DNA of 64,000 nt from Chiloscyllium plagiosum. Its lineage: Eukaryota. This document shows positions 49,393 through 61,091 of this stretch, in pieces. The stretch spans positions 2,030,386 to 2,094,385 of the forward strand of contig NC_057760.1 in the NCBI RefSeq assembly GCF_004010195.1. Reading direction: 5' to 3'. Positions within the stretch are counted from its first letter, which is position 1. Every line of letters begins with the position of its first letter. The position numbers and the translations under genes were made by a program. The notes beneath the pieces were generated by a model. That model ran no database searches. It saw nothing but the letters and a program-made list of their open reading frames with translations, and had not been told where the DNA came from.

Positions 49393-49880
49393 CATTAGCG
49401 GGAGAGAGCAAACTGGTCGGATTGTAATTACTCTTCAGAAAAAGGGAAAACCGCGACAATGCCTGAGAGAAATCTTTAAAATCCTGAATGAGACAGTGAG
49501 AGTAGGGAATAGATGAGGAGTGAGTCTTTTTACCTATGGAAATATAAAACGAGGGACTATATCACATCATTGCTCATAGATCTGACCTGATGGGGGTGAA
49601 TGTTGGAAAAGTCTCATCGCCTGAGACAGTGGTTGGTATTGGAGTTCACCATCGCAGGTCACAGCCAAGGTAAAAAGCTCAGCTGCTGCTAAAAAGACAC
49701 GAGACAGGAATAAGAAAGCAGAGAAAGATGTGGTTAGGAGTCAGGAGACTGGGGGTGGCTGTGCAGTATGAATGCCAGCTCAGTCTGGTTGGGACCAACG
49801 ATGCCTGGTAGTGTGAGGGGTGATTCTGTAATTCCCTGCATTCGGAAGCACGACCGGCCGCCCCTTTCTGAGCCTGGTAC

Positions 49881-50169
49881 CTATGATATTTGCTGCTCCC
49901 GCTGCTTCGTCATCAGAGAGCTCCATGTCCTCCACATCGCAGTTATCACCCGAGGCGTCTGGCGTCAGCGGCCCGGGGCTCTCCTCCAGCTTCTTCAGCT
50001 CCACCACGGGCTCGTCGAGCGGCCGCACGGGGGACTCGGAGCCAGTCGGCGATGGAGCGTCCATGCTGGGAGACGGAATGGGAGACTCGTCTGGATCTGG
50101 CAGCGTGGTCTTCAGCTGGTCCAGCTTCTTCTTCAGGTTGTTGACTCTGTTCGCAAACGTCTTGTACGC
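49881..50169 (-). CDS. RPRD2: RPRD2 coding exon (289 nt; AYKTFANRVNNLKKKLDQLKTTLPDPDESPIPSPSMDAPSPTGSESP...DVEDMELSD...NII)
   Basis: ctgacag acceptor, gtacca donor; near identity to recalled RPRD2 'AYKTFANRVNNLKKKLDQLK' and 'DVEDMELSD'; phase 0 to 1. Confidence 0.95.
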
Positions 50170-50943
50170 CTGTCAGAAAGCAGAACGAGGCAATGGTGAG
50201 AAGATCAAAACTGAAGATATGCAGAATTACAATCAGTCCATGCTGGTGGGGTGCAAGGTGAGGATGATGGGAACACTGTTGTGGTTGGGCACGAGAGGGA
50301 GCGGGCAAGGTGACAGCAGAGGTGCAGGAATTAGGACATAGTTGGCCATCCCTTGCCTATTCCAAAAGCTCCAGCGTCTCAGTCCTGAGTTTCAGTTTTC
50401 CTGGCATTTCAACTCTCTAGTTGCTCACCCACTGACCTCCCTGCCCATGACCTCCTGTAACGTCCCAACAAAGTTTAAAGCTTCAACTTTCGACAAGGCA
50501 TCATACAACCTTCTGTGCTTATGTCAGCTCTCCTGAGTTTCATCCTAATCACTGGCCTGTTTGTGTGTGCTGTTTTCACTCTCACTCACCTGCTTCTGAT
50601 CTGGAATATTAGCTGGGTCTCTCTCTCTCACACACACTCAGAGGCTGCCTGATCTGCCTGAGTACTTCCAGCATCTTCTGCTTCCACCTCAGATCTGCAG
50701 CATTTGGCTATCGAGTTAATAGTAGAAAACTCTGAAGTAAGGTAGTTACCTTTTGCACAAGAGATGCTAAGAGTTGCAGAACAAACAATCAGGGGAAAAA
50801 GAACAATGGAAAAGGCGTGAAATGGCCCAAGGAGGAAATTAATTGGCTTGCAGGAGATACATTTGCTGAGAACCCTCTAGCAATGCAGTTACAAATGCAG
50901 TCTGCATCCCCACACAGAGAAGTCCCATCTGTAAGACACTTAC

Positions 50944-51119
50944 ATTAGCTACAATCTTCACCTCCTTGTACTGAGCCTCATAAAAGATCTCTGCATTTTC
51001 GAGTGCTTCGATCAGCGGTGGGGTCTTCTTCACCTCCCTCTCGAGCTCGGCACAGAAGTCTTCCAACTTGGAGCTGGATTCTTCAAAGTCTTTGGAAAAG
51101 CGTTTGCCTCCAGCACGAT
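50944..51119 (-). CDS. RPRD2: RPRD2 coding exon (176 nt; DRAGGKRFSKDFEESSSKLEDF...EALENAEIFYEAQYKEVKIVAN)
   Basis: tgtag acceptor, gtaagt donor; matches 'EALENAGIFYEAQYKEVKVVAN'; phase 1 to 0. Confidence 0.95.
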
Positions 51120-51611
51120 CTACACAGACAGAAAGAATGAGGGGCTCCTGTGACTGAACAAATTACCAGCAAATCGGGGCTGCTCTGAAGCAGGGAAAGC
51201 CCAGCGTGAATTAACCAAGAAAGCAGGTCTGGACAATCTATTATGAAGAGGAGATACAGGGTTACCAACTCTGAGTGGATGGCTAGACTAAATGAATGAG
51301 TGCTTTCTCCTGCAAAGCTGGGTTATAAAATTTTATTGAAGGGTTCAAGACGATCCCAAAAACACACGAGGGACATTCAATGAGAGCAACAAATGACAAG
51401 TAACATACATATCTTAAAAAACGATATAGAGTAGCATTAAAACATTGCAAATGTCCATATTTGTTGTCCCTAAACTACAGACTGTGATGACTTTTGGTCA
51501 CGTATACTATCAATACTCTTGCTTTTTTAAACAATTCAGACCAAGGGTGTGGGCATCATTGGCCAGGCCAGCATTTTATTGTTCGTCTCTAATTGACCAT
51601 GGAAAAGATTA

Positions 51612-51832
51612 AAGTTGAAACTTTATTGCTGGAACAGCACAGCAGGTCAGGCAGCATCCAGGGAACAGGAGATTCGACGTTTCGGGCACAGGCCCTTCTT
51701 CAGGCATTCCTGAAGAAGGGCCTGTGCCCGAAACGTCGAATCTCCTGTTCCCTGGATGCTGCCTGACCTGCTGTGCTGTTCCGGCAATAAAGTTTCAACT
51801 TTGATCTCCAGCATCTGCAGACCTCACTTTCT
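51612..51832. mobile_element. Young Penelope-derived (family B) palindromic insertion with intact minimal hammerhead, 15-bp TSD
   Basis: Arms 51611-51704 and 51709-51802 (94 bp, one mismatch), 4-nt spacer; TSD CCATGGAAAAGATTA at 51597-51611 and 51833-51847. Confidence 0.9.
51706..51741 (+). ncRNA. Minimal type I hammerhead ribozyme motif
   Basis: ATTC-CTGAAGA-A-GGGC-ctgt-GCCC-GAAAC-GTC-GAAT: stem I ATTC/GAAT, stem II GGGC/GCCC, GUC cleavage triplet, palindromic ACGT stem III. Confidence 0.7.
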
Positions 51833-53039
51833 CCATGGAAAAGATTATGTTGGGACTTGTTCTTGTTCATTTGCTGTTGGTAGATCCAGAGTATCGTCAA
51901 GGGGGGAATTCCAAGGTCTAGCCGCACTGAAGGAATGGACAACATATTTCCGAAAATCTAAGGATGCTGGAAATCAGAAAACACTGGAAAAAACTTGCAG
52001 CTGCTGACAGAAACAGGGTTAACGTTTCAAGTCTAGTGAACCTTCTTTCCCACCATTTTCTAACATACTTCCAAGTCAGGACGGTGCGCGGCTTGGAGGG
52101 GAACTTGCACGGGGTGGTGTTTCCAACGTACCTTGTCTTTCCAAGGTTTAGTGTTTGCAGAGTTAGATACTGTTGGCAAAGCTGCCTTGCTGAGCTAGTG
52201 CTATTTAAATAAAAAGGATCAATTATGGGCTGTGTGTTACTGGCAGAGCCCGTATTTATTGCCATTGTAACTGTCTTCGCTGCCACAATATTTGGCTGGC
52301 TTATGAATTATTCTGCAGTTTCCAGGTTATATTAAGTACAACATCACTGCAGTTGTTCAAAAGGAGTTTTGTGTAGCACTGCAATTGCAGATTGCAACCA
52401 CTGGGTAGCACCATATCCCACTGTACCCAACACAGTGAGAAACAGCAAAGGAGCCAATGCATTGTACAGACTGGGAGGAGTGTGCAGTAGGGTCAGCATC
52501 ACTTGTGAAGGATGCTGGGGAGGGTAGACGTGTGTGAAAGGGCAGCAGTGAGAGAAGATTTTAAAAACAACAGAGAACCCCTTCAACCAGCTTTCACTGG
52601 TCAGAGCTGAATTCAATTGTCACTGGAACACAGGTAGGTGACTGATGGGTATTTCGTCCTTGTCTTTTTTTGAATGGCCAAGTGATTTAAGTCGTGAGAT
52701 GGTTATTACAGCTGAAGAGTGTAGTGAGAAGATTTACTTTTAAAATATTTAACGTATAAACTCATTAAATTGAACAGAGATGGCTAGATCGGCAATGCGT
52801 TGCAGCTGCAGTATGTAGGCGCTGGTGGACACTGGTGCATTCGATTGGGTTTTTTCAGATTGGGATGAGGTAACCCGTAAACTGTTACAGGACTCTAATC
52901 TAGGTTCTTTTTTATTAATAATGTTAATGATCTGAAAGCCAAGGCAGAGTTTAATATCTATATTTGTTGACAACACAGAAAGATGTTATGAAGAGGGTGC
53001 AAGCAATCTGCAAAAAAGATTTGTTGCTTGTGGACAAGA

Positions 53040-54830
53040 TCAAAGAACAATACAGCACAGGAACAGGCCCTTCGGCCCTCCAAGGCTGCGCCAACACAGT
53101 TTGCCCTTCCGTACTAAAACTGCCTTCACTGACAGGATCCACGTCACTTTATTCCCTTCCTATTCGTCCAGGTCCTTCTTGAATGCTGCTGTTGTATCTG
53201 CTTCCATCACCTCCTCTGGCAGTGTTCCAGGCACCCACCACCCGCTGTGGGAAAAACTTGCCTCGCACATCACTTTTAAACCTTCTCTTCCCCCCCCCCT
53301 TCACTTTGACCTTGTGTCCCCTAGTCATTGACCCTGCCACCGTGGGAAAAAGCCTCATACTTCCCACTCAATTCCTGCCATTCACAATTTTTAAACTTCT
53401 ATCAGGTCGTTCCCTCAACCTTCTGTGTTCCAGTGAAAAACAAACCTAGTCTATCCAACCTTTTTGACAACTGAAATCCACCAGACCAGGCAACATCCTG
53501 GTAAACATTTTCTGCACCCCCTCCAAAGTGTCCACATCCTTCTGATAGTGTGGTGATCAGAACTGTATGCAATGGCAGAAGGAGTTTAATGTAGGAAGTT
53601 GAGAGGTCATGCACTCTGATAGCAGGGATCAAAAGCAGATAATGATTTGAATAGAGAAAAACTCAAAAATAGTGCAGCACAGAGGACCTGGGTATTTTCA
53701 TACATAAAACATAAAATGTCAGCATGCATATGCAGCAAGTAAATGGAATTTTGGCTTTTATTTCTCATGGTTAGGATTTTAAAAATAGGGAAATAATTGA
53801 CACTACAGCACAGGGTGTTGGTGACACCGCACCTGGAGTACTATGTACAGTTTTGGTCTCTAGTTAAGAAAGGATGTGCTGACATTGCATCGTGTTCGAG
53901 AGAAATTCATTAGGTTGTTTCCTGAAATAAAAGGGTTGCCTTGTCAAGAATGGCTGAGCAGATTTGTCTTTATTAATTAGAGATTCGAACGTTGTGTTGA
54001 GGTTGCAGAGGATGTTGGTGAGGCCTCATTGTATCCAGCTTGGCTCGTCTTATTATAGGAAAGCTATTGTTAAGCTGGAGAGGGTTCAGAAACGATTTAC
54101 CAGGATGTGGCCAGGAATGGAGGGTTTGAGTTATAAGCAGAGGCTGGATAAGCTGAGACTTTTTCTACTGGAGCGTAGGAGGTTGAAGGGTGATCTTACA
54201 GAGGTTTATAAAATCAGGAGGGGTATAGATAAAGTGAATGGCATGTGTCTTTTCCCTACGGCAGGGATTTCAAGACAAATTGGTCTATTTTTAAGGTGAG
54301 AGAACAAAAAGTTAAAAAGACATGAGGGGCCACATTTTTGATTTGTGTGCGGAATGAACTTCCAGAGGAAGTGGTGGATGTGGGTGCACTTATAACAGGT
54401 AAAAAACATTTGGATAAATACATGAATAACAACTGTTCAGAGGAGTACTGGCCAATTGCAGGACAGTGGGACTAGTTTAGTTTGGGATTACGATCGACAC
54501 GGATTGATTGGACTAAAGGGTCAGTTTCCGTGCTGTATGACTCCACTAGTGGGGGAAGCCTCGAACGAGGGGACACAGTCACAGAGTTGGAGGTCACTCA
54601 TTTAAAGTTGAGAAGCAAAGGAATTTTTCTTCTCCCAAGGGCTGCTGTGAATGGCTGGATTTACCAGAAAGTTATAGAGGCTGTATCACGGGAAGCTTTG
54701 AAAGACAAGCTTAGAACTGGCACATGAGAAATCGTGCCCTGGGTGTAGATCGGCCATGATTTTATTGAACGGCGAGGCAGGCTCGGGGGGCGGGGGGCGA
54801 CGACGAAGGTCCTACTCCGATTTCTTAGGG
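53040..54830. mobile_element. Cluster of CR1 fragments in both orientations
   Basis: Minus: RRFKSDVRGKFFPQRVVGAWN; plus: LERVQKRFTRMWPGMEGLSYKQRLDKLRLFLLERRRLKGDLTEVYKI. Confidence 0.85.
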
Positions 54831-54956
54831 TTTTATTCAAATCAAAAGGAGGGCATGCATGCAAGCTAATGATAAACGTAAGGTTCAAAGCCCCTCCCCA
54901 GTGTTCCGCAACCATTCATTAGGTTAATTTGCTGCATGCCAATTTCTGCACTCTAC

Positions 54957-55083
54957 CTTTCAACCGTTTCAATGTCTCTGTGCTGCAAACGTCCACGCGG
55001 AGGGTCCCAAGCTGCTTCTCCTTGAACTCTCTCTCATCCTCAGCTTGTTTGTAGGACCCGAGCTGGTCAATCAGTGCCTGAGG
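54957..55083 (-). CDS. RPRD2: RPRD2 coding exon (127 nt; PQALIDQLGSYKQAEDEREFKEKQLGTLRVDVCSTETLKRLK)
   Basis: ctgcag acceptor, gtagag donor; matches RPRD2 coiled-coil region 'KEKQLSTMRVDVCSTETLKCLK'; phase 0 to 1. Confidence 0.95.
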
Positions 55084-55484
55084 CTGCAGTGGGGGGGAAA
55101 GTACAAGTCAGATTCTGTCGAAGTGATGGCCCCCAAAACAAGCCCCCTGTGGCAATTAACACTAAATACTATAACGTGACAGTCAGACAAAGGACCAAAG
55201 AAAAACTGCAAAGGTAAATGTAAGCTGCGAGGTTTATATATTTTCCCACCTGACAGCTATAACTCAGTGGCAGCACTCATTTCTGAGTCATAAGGCTATA
55301 GGTTAGAATTTGACTGTATAATCCAGGCTGAGCCTGCCTGTCCTCCCATAAGGGCTTGAACAAAGTCCTACATCATTATTTTTAAAGCACAGAGTGCACC
55401 CCTCCAACACCCAGCAATCTCAACAAAGGACAACATGAACTTCCTGAGAGAGTGGTGGATGCGGGGCGGGGGACGGGGGGGGGA

Positions 55485-55632
55485 AGACAGACAGAGAGAC
55501 AGACAGAGAGACAGACAGAGAGACAGACAGAGAGACAGACAGAGAGACAGACAGAGAGACAGACAGAGAGACAGACAGAGAGACAGACAGAGAGACAGAC
55601 AGAGAGACAGACAGAGAGACAGACAGAGAGAC
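55485..55632. repeat. Perfect (AGACAGACAGAG)n tandem repeat, about 12 copies
   Basis: Visible 12-bp period; gives rise to the RQTE/CLSV pseudo-ORFs. Confidence 0.95.
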
Positions 55633-55779
55633 CTGCACGGTTACTGCCTTTGCTGTATGAATTCATGTGTCGCTGGACATCAGAGTCCCTCACCCCCATC
55701 TCTCATCCCCCCCGTCCCTCTTCTCCCCATCAGAGTGCGTCTGGGAAAATTAACAAACAGTAAAATTCACAACTAATCT

Positions 55780-58700
55780 TGGAGGAACTGTTTGGGAGAG
55801 GTCACAGCACAGAAACAAAACTGAATATTAAAGTGTGGCCTTACAGTAAGCCTGCAGTAGTGAGGAGAGTGGGTTATTTCTTGATAATATGTTTTATTGA
55901 GATATGTCTCTTCATTAAACTTAAAATATAAGCCATAACTATTAATTTAACCTGGAGCAGTGTTTTGTCAAGGAATAAGATGCTATTTTCCGCGTCTGTA
56001 GATCATGAGAGAACAAAAATGGCTTTTAGTAGAGTGATTTGCTCTTCTTGTCGGATGTGGGAATTTAGGGAGAGTTTACTGGTTATTGAGGATTATATCT
56101 GCAATAAATGTCGTTGGTTGCGAATCCTATCAGATCAAATGGATCGGCTGGAGAGACAGTTAGAGGCAATGAGGAATTTACAAGAGTAATGGGATGCGAT
56201 GGATGGCAGTTGTAGGAAGGGGGAAAAGTCACAGATACAGTCACATAGATGGGTTAACTCCAGGAAAGGTAAGAGAGGTTGGCAGTTAGTGCAGGAGCCT
56301 TCTGTGGCTATCCCCATTTCAAACAGGTATGCTGTTTTGGAAAATGTAGAGGGTGATGGATTCTCAGGGGAATGTAGCACGAACTGCCAAGTTTCTGACA
56401 CTGAGACTCGCTCAACGAGGGGTACATTGGGTCCCAAGAGATCAATTGTGTTGGGGGATTCTCTAGGTTGAGGTATAGACAGACACTTCTGCGGCCAGCA
56501 GCGAAAAAGCAGAATGGTGTGTTGTTTCCCTGGTTTCCCCAGGATCAAGGATGACTCAGAGAGGGTGCAGAATGTTCTCAAGAGGGGAGAGGGGCCAGCA
56601 AGAGGTCATTGTACATAAGGGAATCAATGACATAGGATGGGAAAAGTTGAGCTTCTGAAGGGAGATTACAGAGTTAGTCAGGAATTTACAAAGGAATCCT
56701 CAAGAGTTGTAATATCTGGATTACTCCCGGTGTGACGAGCTAATGAGGGCAGAAATAGGAAGATAGAGCAGATGAATGCATGGCTGAGGAGCTGTTGTAT
56801 GGGAGGATTCACATTTTTGGATCGTTGGAATCTCTTTTGGGGTAGAAGTGACCTGTACAAGAAGGACGGATTGCGCCTAAATTGGCAGAGAGATTTGCTA
56901 GAGCTGCTTGAGAGGATTTAAACTAGTTAGGGGGCTGGTGGGACCCAGGGAGATAGAGGAAAGAAATCAATCCAAGACTGATACTGTTGAGAACAGAAGT
57001 GAATCAGTCAGGGCAGGCAGGGACAAAGCAGAGAACAAGGTAGGACTGATATATTATACTGCATTTATTTCAATGCAAGGGGCCTAAAAGGGAAGGCAGA
57101 TGAACCCTGGGCATGGTTCGGAACTGGAATGTCATAGCAATTACAGAAACATGGCTCAGGGATGGGCAGGACTGCAGCGTAATGTTCCAGGATACAAATG
57201 CTACAGGAAAGATAGAAAGGGAGGCAAGAGACGAGGGGGGGGTGAGGCATTTTTGATAAGGGACAGTATTACACCTGTGCTGAGGGAGGATATTCCTGGA
57301 AGTTATTTGGGTGGACCTGAGAAATAAGAAAGGGATGATTACCTTATTGGGATTGTATTACAAACCCCCTAATAGAGGGAAATTGAGAAAAATTTGTAAG
57401 GAGATCTATTATCTCTAAGAAAAATATGGTGGTTATGGTCAGGGATTTTAACTTTCCAAACCCCTAGACTGGGACTGCCATAGCGTTAAGGGTTTAAATG
57501 GAGAGGAATTTATTAAGTGTGTACAAGACAATTTTCTGAATCAGTATGCGGATGTATTTACTAGTGAAGGTGCAAAACCTGACCTACTTTTGGGAAATAA
57601 GGCAGGGCAGGTGACTGAGGTGTCAGTGGGGGAGCACTTTGGGACCAGCGACCATAATTCCATTAGTTTTAAAATAGTGATGGAAAAGGCTAGACCAGAT
57701 CTAAAAGTTGAAGTTCTAAATTGGAGGAAGGCTAATTTCGATGGTATTAGGCAAGAACTTTCAAAAGTTGATTGGGGGCAGATGTTCGCAGATAAAGGGA
57801 CGGCTGGAATATGGGAAGCCTTCAGAAATGCAATAACGAGAGTCCAGAGGAAGTATATTCCTGTCAGGGTGAAAGGAAAGCTGGTAGGTATAGGGAATGC
57901 TGGATGACTAAAGAAATTGAGGGTTTGGTTAAGAAAAAGAAGGAGCCATATGTCAGGTATAGACAGGATAGATCGAGTGAATCCTGAGAAGAGTATAAAG
58001 GCAGTAGGAGTATACTTAAGAGGGAAATCAGGAGGGCAAAAAGGGGACATGAGATAGATTTGGCAAATAGCATTAAGGAGAATCCAAAGGGTTTTCACAA
58101 ATATATTAAGGACAAAAGGGTAACTAGGGAGAGAACAGGGCCCCTCAAAGATCAGCAAGGCGGCCTTTGTGTGGAGCTGCAGGAGATGGGGGAGATACTA
58201 AATGAATATTTTGCATCAGTATTTACTGTGGAAAAGGATATGGAAGAAATAGAATGTAGGGAAATAGATGGTGACATCTTGCAAAATGGCCATATTACAG
58301 AGGAGGAAGCGCTGGATGTCTTGAAACGCATAAAGGTGGATAAATCCGCAGGACCTGATCAGGTATACCCGAGAACTCTGTGGGAAGCTAGAGAAATGAT
58401 TGCTGGGCCTCTTACTAAAATATTTGTATCATCGATAGTGACAGGTGAGGTGCCGGAAGACTGGAGGTTGGCAAATGTGGTGCCACTGTTTAAGGAGGGT
58501 GGTAAGGACAAGCCAGGGAACTGAAGACCAGTGGGCCTGACGTTGATGGTGGGCAAGTTGTTGGAGGGAATCCTGAGGGACAGGATGTACCTGTATTTGG
58601 AAAGGCAAAGACTGATTAGGGATAGTCAACACGGCTTTGTGGTGGGAAATCATGTCTCACAAACTTGAATGAGTTTTTTGGAAGAAGTAACAAAGAGGAT

Positions 58701-59890
58701 TGATGAGGGCAGAGTAGTGGACGTGATCTATATGGATTTCAGTAAGGCATTCGATAAGGTTCCCCATGGGAGACTGGTTAGTAAAGTTAGATCTCATGGA
58801 CTACAGGGAGAACTAGCCGTTTGGATATAGAGCTGGCTCAAAGGTAGAAGACAGAGGGTGGCGGTAGTGGAGGGTTGTTTTTCAGACTGGAGGCCTGTGA
58901 CCAATGGAGTGCCATCAGGATCTGTGCTGGGTCCACTACTTTTCGTCATTTACATTACTGATTTGAATGTGAAACATAAGAGTTATAGTTAGTAAGTTTG
59001 CAGATAACACTAAAATTGGAGGTGTAGTAGACAGCAAAGAAGGTTATCTCAGATTACAATGGGACCTTGACCAGATGGGCCAATGGGCTGAGAAGTGGCA
59101 AATGGAGTTTAATTCAGACAAATGCAAGGTGCTGCATTTTGGGAAAGGAAATCTTAGCAGGATTTATACACTTAATGGTAAGGTCCTGGGGGGTGTTGCT
59201 GAATAAAGAGACTTTGGAGTGCACAGCTCCTTCAAAGTGGAGTCGCAGGTAGGTGGATAATGAAGACAGCGTTTGGTAAGCTTTCCTTTATTGGTCAGAG
59301 TATTGAGTACAGGAGTTGGGAGGTCATGTTGCGGCTGTACAGGACATTGGTTAGGCCACTGTTTATTGCGTGCAATTCTGGTCTCCTTCCTATTGGAAAG
59401 ATGTTGCGAAACCTGAAGGGGTTCAGAAAAGATTTACAAGGATGTTGCCAGGGTTGGAGGATTTGAGCTACAGGGAGAGGCTGAACAGGCTGGGGCTGTT
59501 TTCCCTGGAGGCTGAGGGGTGACCTTATAGAGGTTTATAAAATCATGAGGGGCATGGATTGGAGAAATAGACAAAGTCTTTTTCCTGGCGCGGGGGGGGG
59601 AGGTCCAGAACTCGAGGTTTACGGTGAGAGGGGAAAGATATAAAAGAGGCTTAAGGGGCAACCTTTTCACGCACAGGGTGGTACTTGTTTGGAATGTGCT
59701 GCCAGAGGAAGTGGAGGGGGCTAGTACAATCACAACATTTAAAAGCATCTGGATGTGTGTATGAATAGGAAGGGTGTGGAGGGATACAGGCCAGGTGCTG
59801 GCAGGTGGGACTAGATTGAGTTGGGATATCTGGTCAGCTTGGACAGGTTGGACCGAAGGGTCTGTTTCCATGCTGTACATCTCGATGACT
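55780..59890 (+). mobile_element. Near full-length decayed CR1/HER1-type LINE, antisense within an RPRD2 intron
   Basis: ORF1 from ATG 56019 with two CxxC pairs and an SGNH-esterase-like 'IVLGDS'; ORF2 endonuclease start 'CIYFNAR' near 57060; 'VPEDWRLANVVPLFK'; RT 'SKFADNTK' near 58991; CR1 3' tail; many stops and frameshifts. Confidence 0.9.
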
Positions 59891-61038
59891 TGGTGTCTCT
59901 TAAGTCACTCAGATCAAGGGACAAATAGCAGGTGGCCTTGCCGATGAACTCAGATTCCACTGAAGGATAATGAAATTAAACCCTGGACACTGATGGTGCA
60001 GACGGATATAACAGCCCTTACTCCCAGCAGGCTACAGTAACTGTGGCACTTTCTTTGATTCAGCAATCAGCCCAATTGGTCCTATGCTATGCAGGTCAAT
60101 GGGCTGCACCTTGGCCTAGGTTCATTGACCCAATGCAAGGAACAGAGTTCAATAACTTGCCTCAGTGAGCTGACGGACAGACCAGTCAGTTTCTATTCTT
60201 GTTGGAATAGTGCTCATGACTGTGATGGGATAAAGGCAGGATAAGGTGTGAACATTTGACTGGGCTTGCGTGCCAAGGTAAGTTAAGAGTGAGAGGCTGC
60301 TGGCAGCCATGAAGCTGTGTCACGTCGTGTTCCTGAAGGAGGAGCGGGTGAGGAACCTGCCAGCACTTACTACCAACCCTGCAAGGCACAATTTCAAACA
60401 TAATTTATTTCTGTTAGCAAGGAAAGGGAAGAGGCAGGGGCGTATTTAAAACAGAAATCACCCTGGGTTTGTCAGCATTAGTATAAAGACCAGCATTTAT
60501 TGACCATTTCCAGTAGTCCTTGGTCAGGTGGTGGTAAGTCTCTGTCCAATGCTTAAACAGACTGACAAGAAACAAAATAAAAAGAACAAATTCTATTGCA
60601 AGACACATTAAAAACATTCAGTCAAGTGAATAACTGTGCTTTTCAGGGAGATACATGGAACTACAAAGACCAGGGCAGTCCCATGTTCCAACTCTGTAAA
60701 CTGACATGAGGCTGAACACTACAAGTGCACTACAAGTCCATCTCTCCACCACAGGGAAAGGGGAAGGGATAAATAAACCAGGTCACTCTCACTGACCCCT
60801 TATGATTGTTCAGTGATCGCACCCCAGAAGACAAATATATTGGGAGGGTTTCTGATCAGGACACAATTAGACTCAGCCCTAGTGTCTCTCACCGTGGCAC
60901 AGGTTGTCTGGGTTTGCACATCTGGAATATGTGGCATCAGCAGCAAGCGCCCTGCATGGAAACCGTATCCCAACAGCTGGGAGAGGAGGAACAGAAAGGG
61001 GTGAGAGGGAGAAGAAAACGGAAAGCTGAAGCACTCAC

Positions 61039-61091
61039 CCGGAATTCAGCGAGAATCTTGGATTTCACCACAACACGGGTCTTATCGCTCA
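61039..61091 (-). CDS. RPRD2: RPRD2 coding exon (53 nt; xSDKTRVVVKSKILAEFR)
   Basis: Pyrimidine tract and ttttcag acceptor, gtgagt donor; peptide matches the recalled vertebrate RPRD2 'KSKIVAEFR'; ends phase 0, matching the next exon. Confidence 0.9.

Noticed and set aside
55382..55776. RQTE, CLSV and RDRQ repeat ORFs
   Set aside because: Translations of the 12-bp tandem repeat
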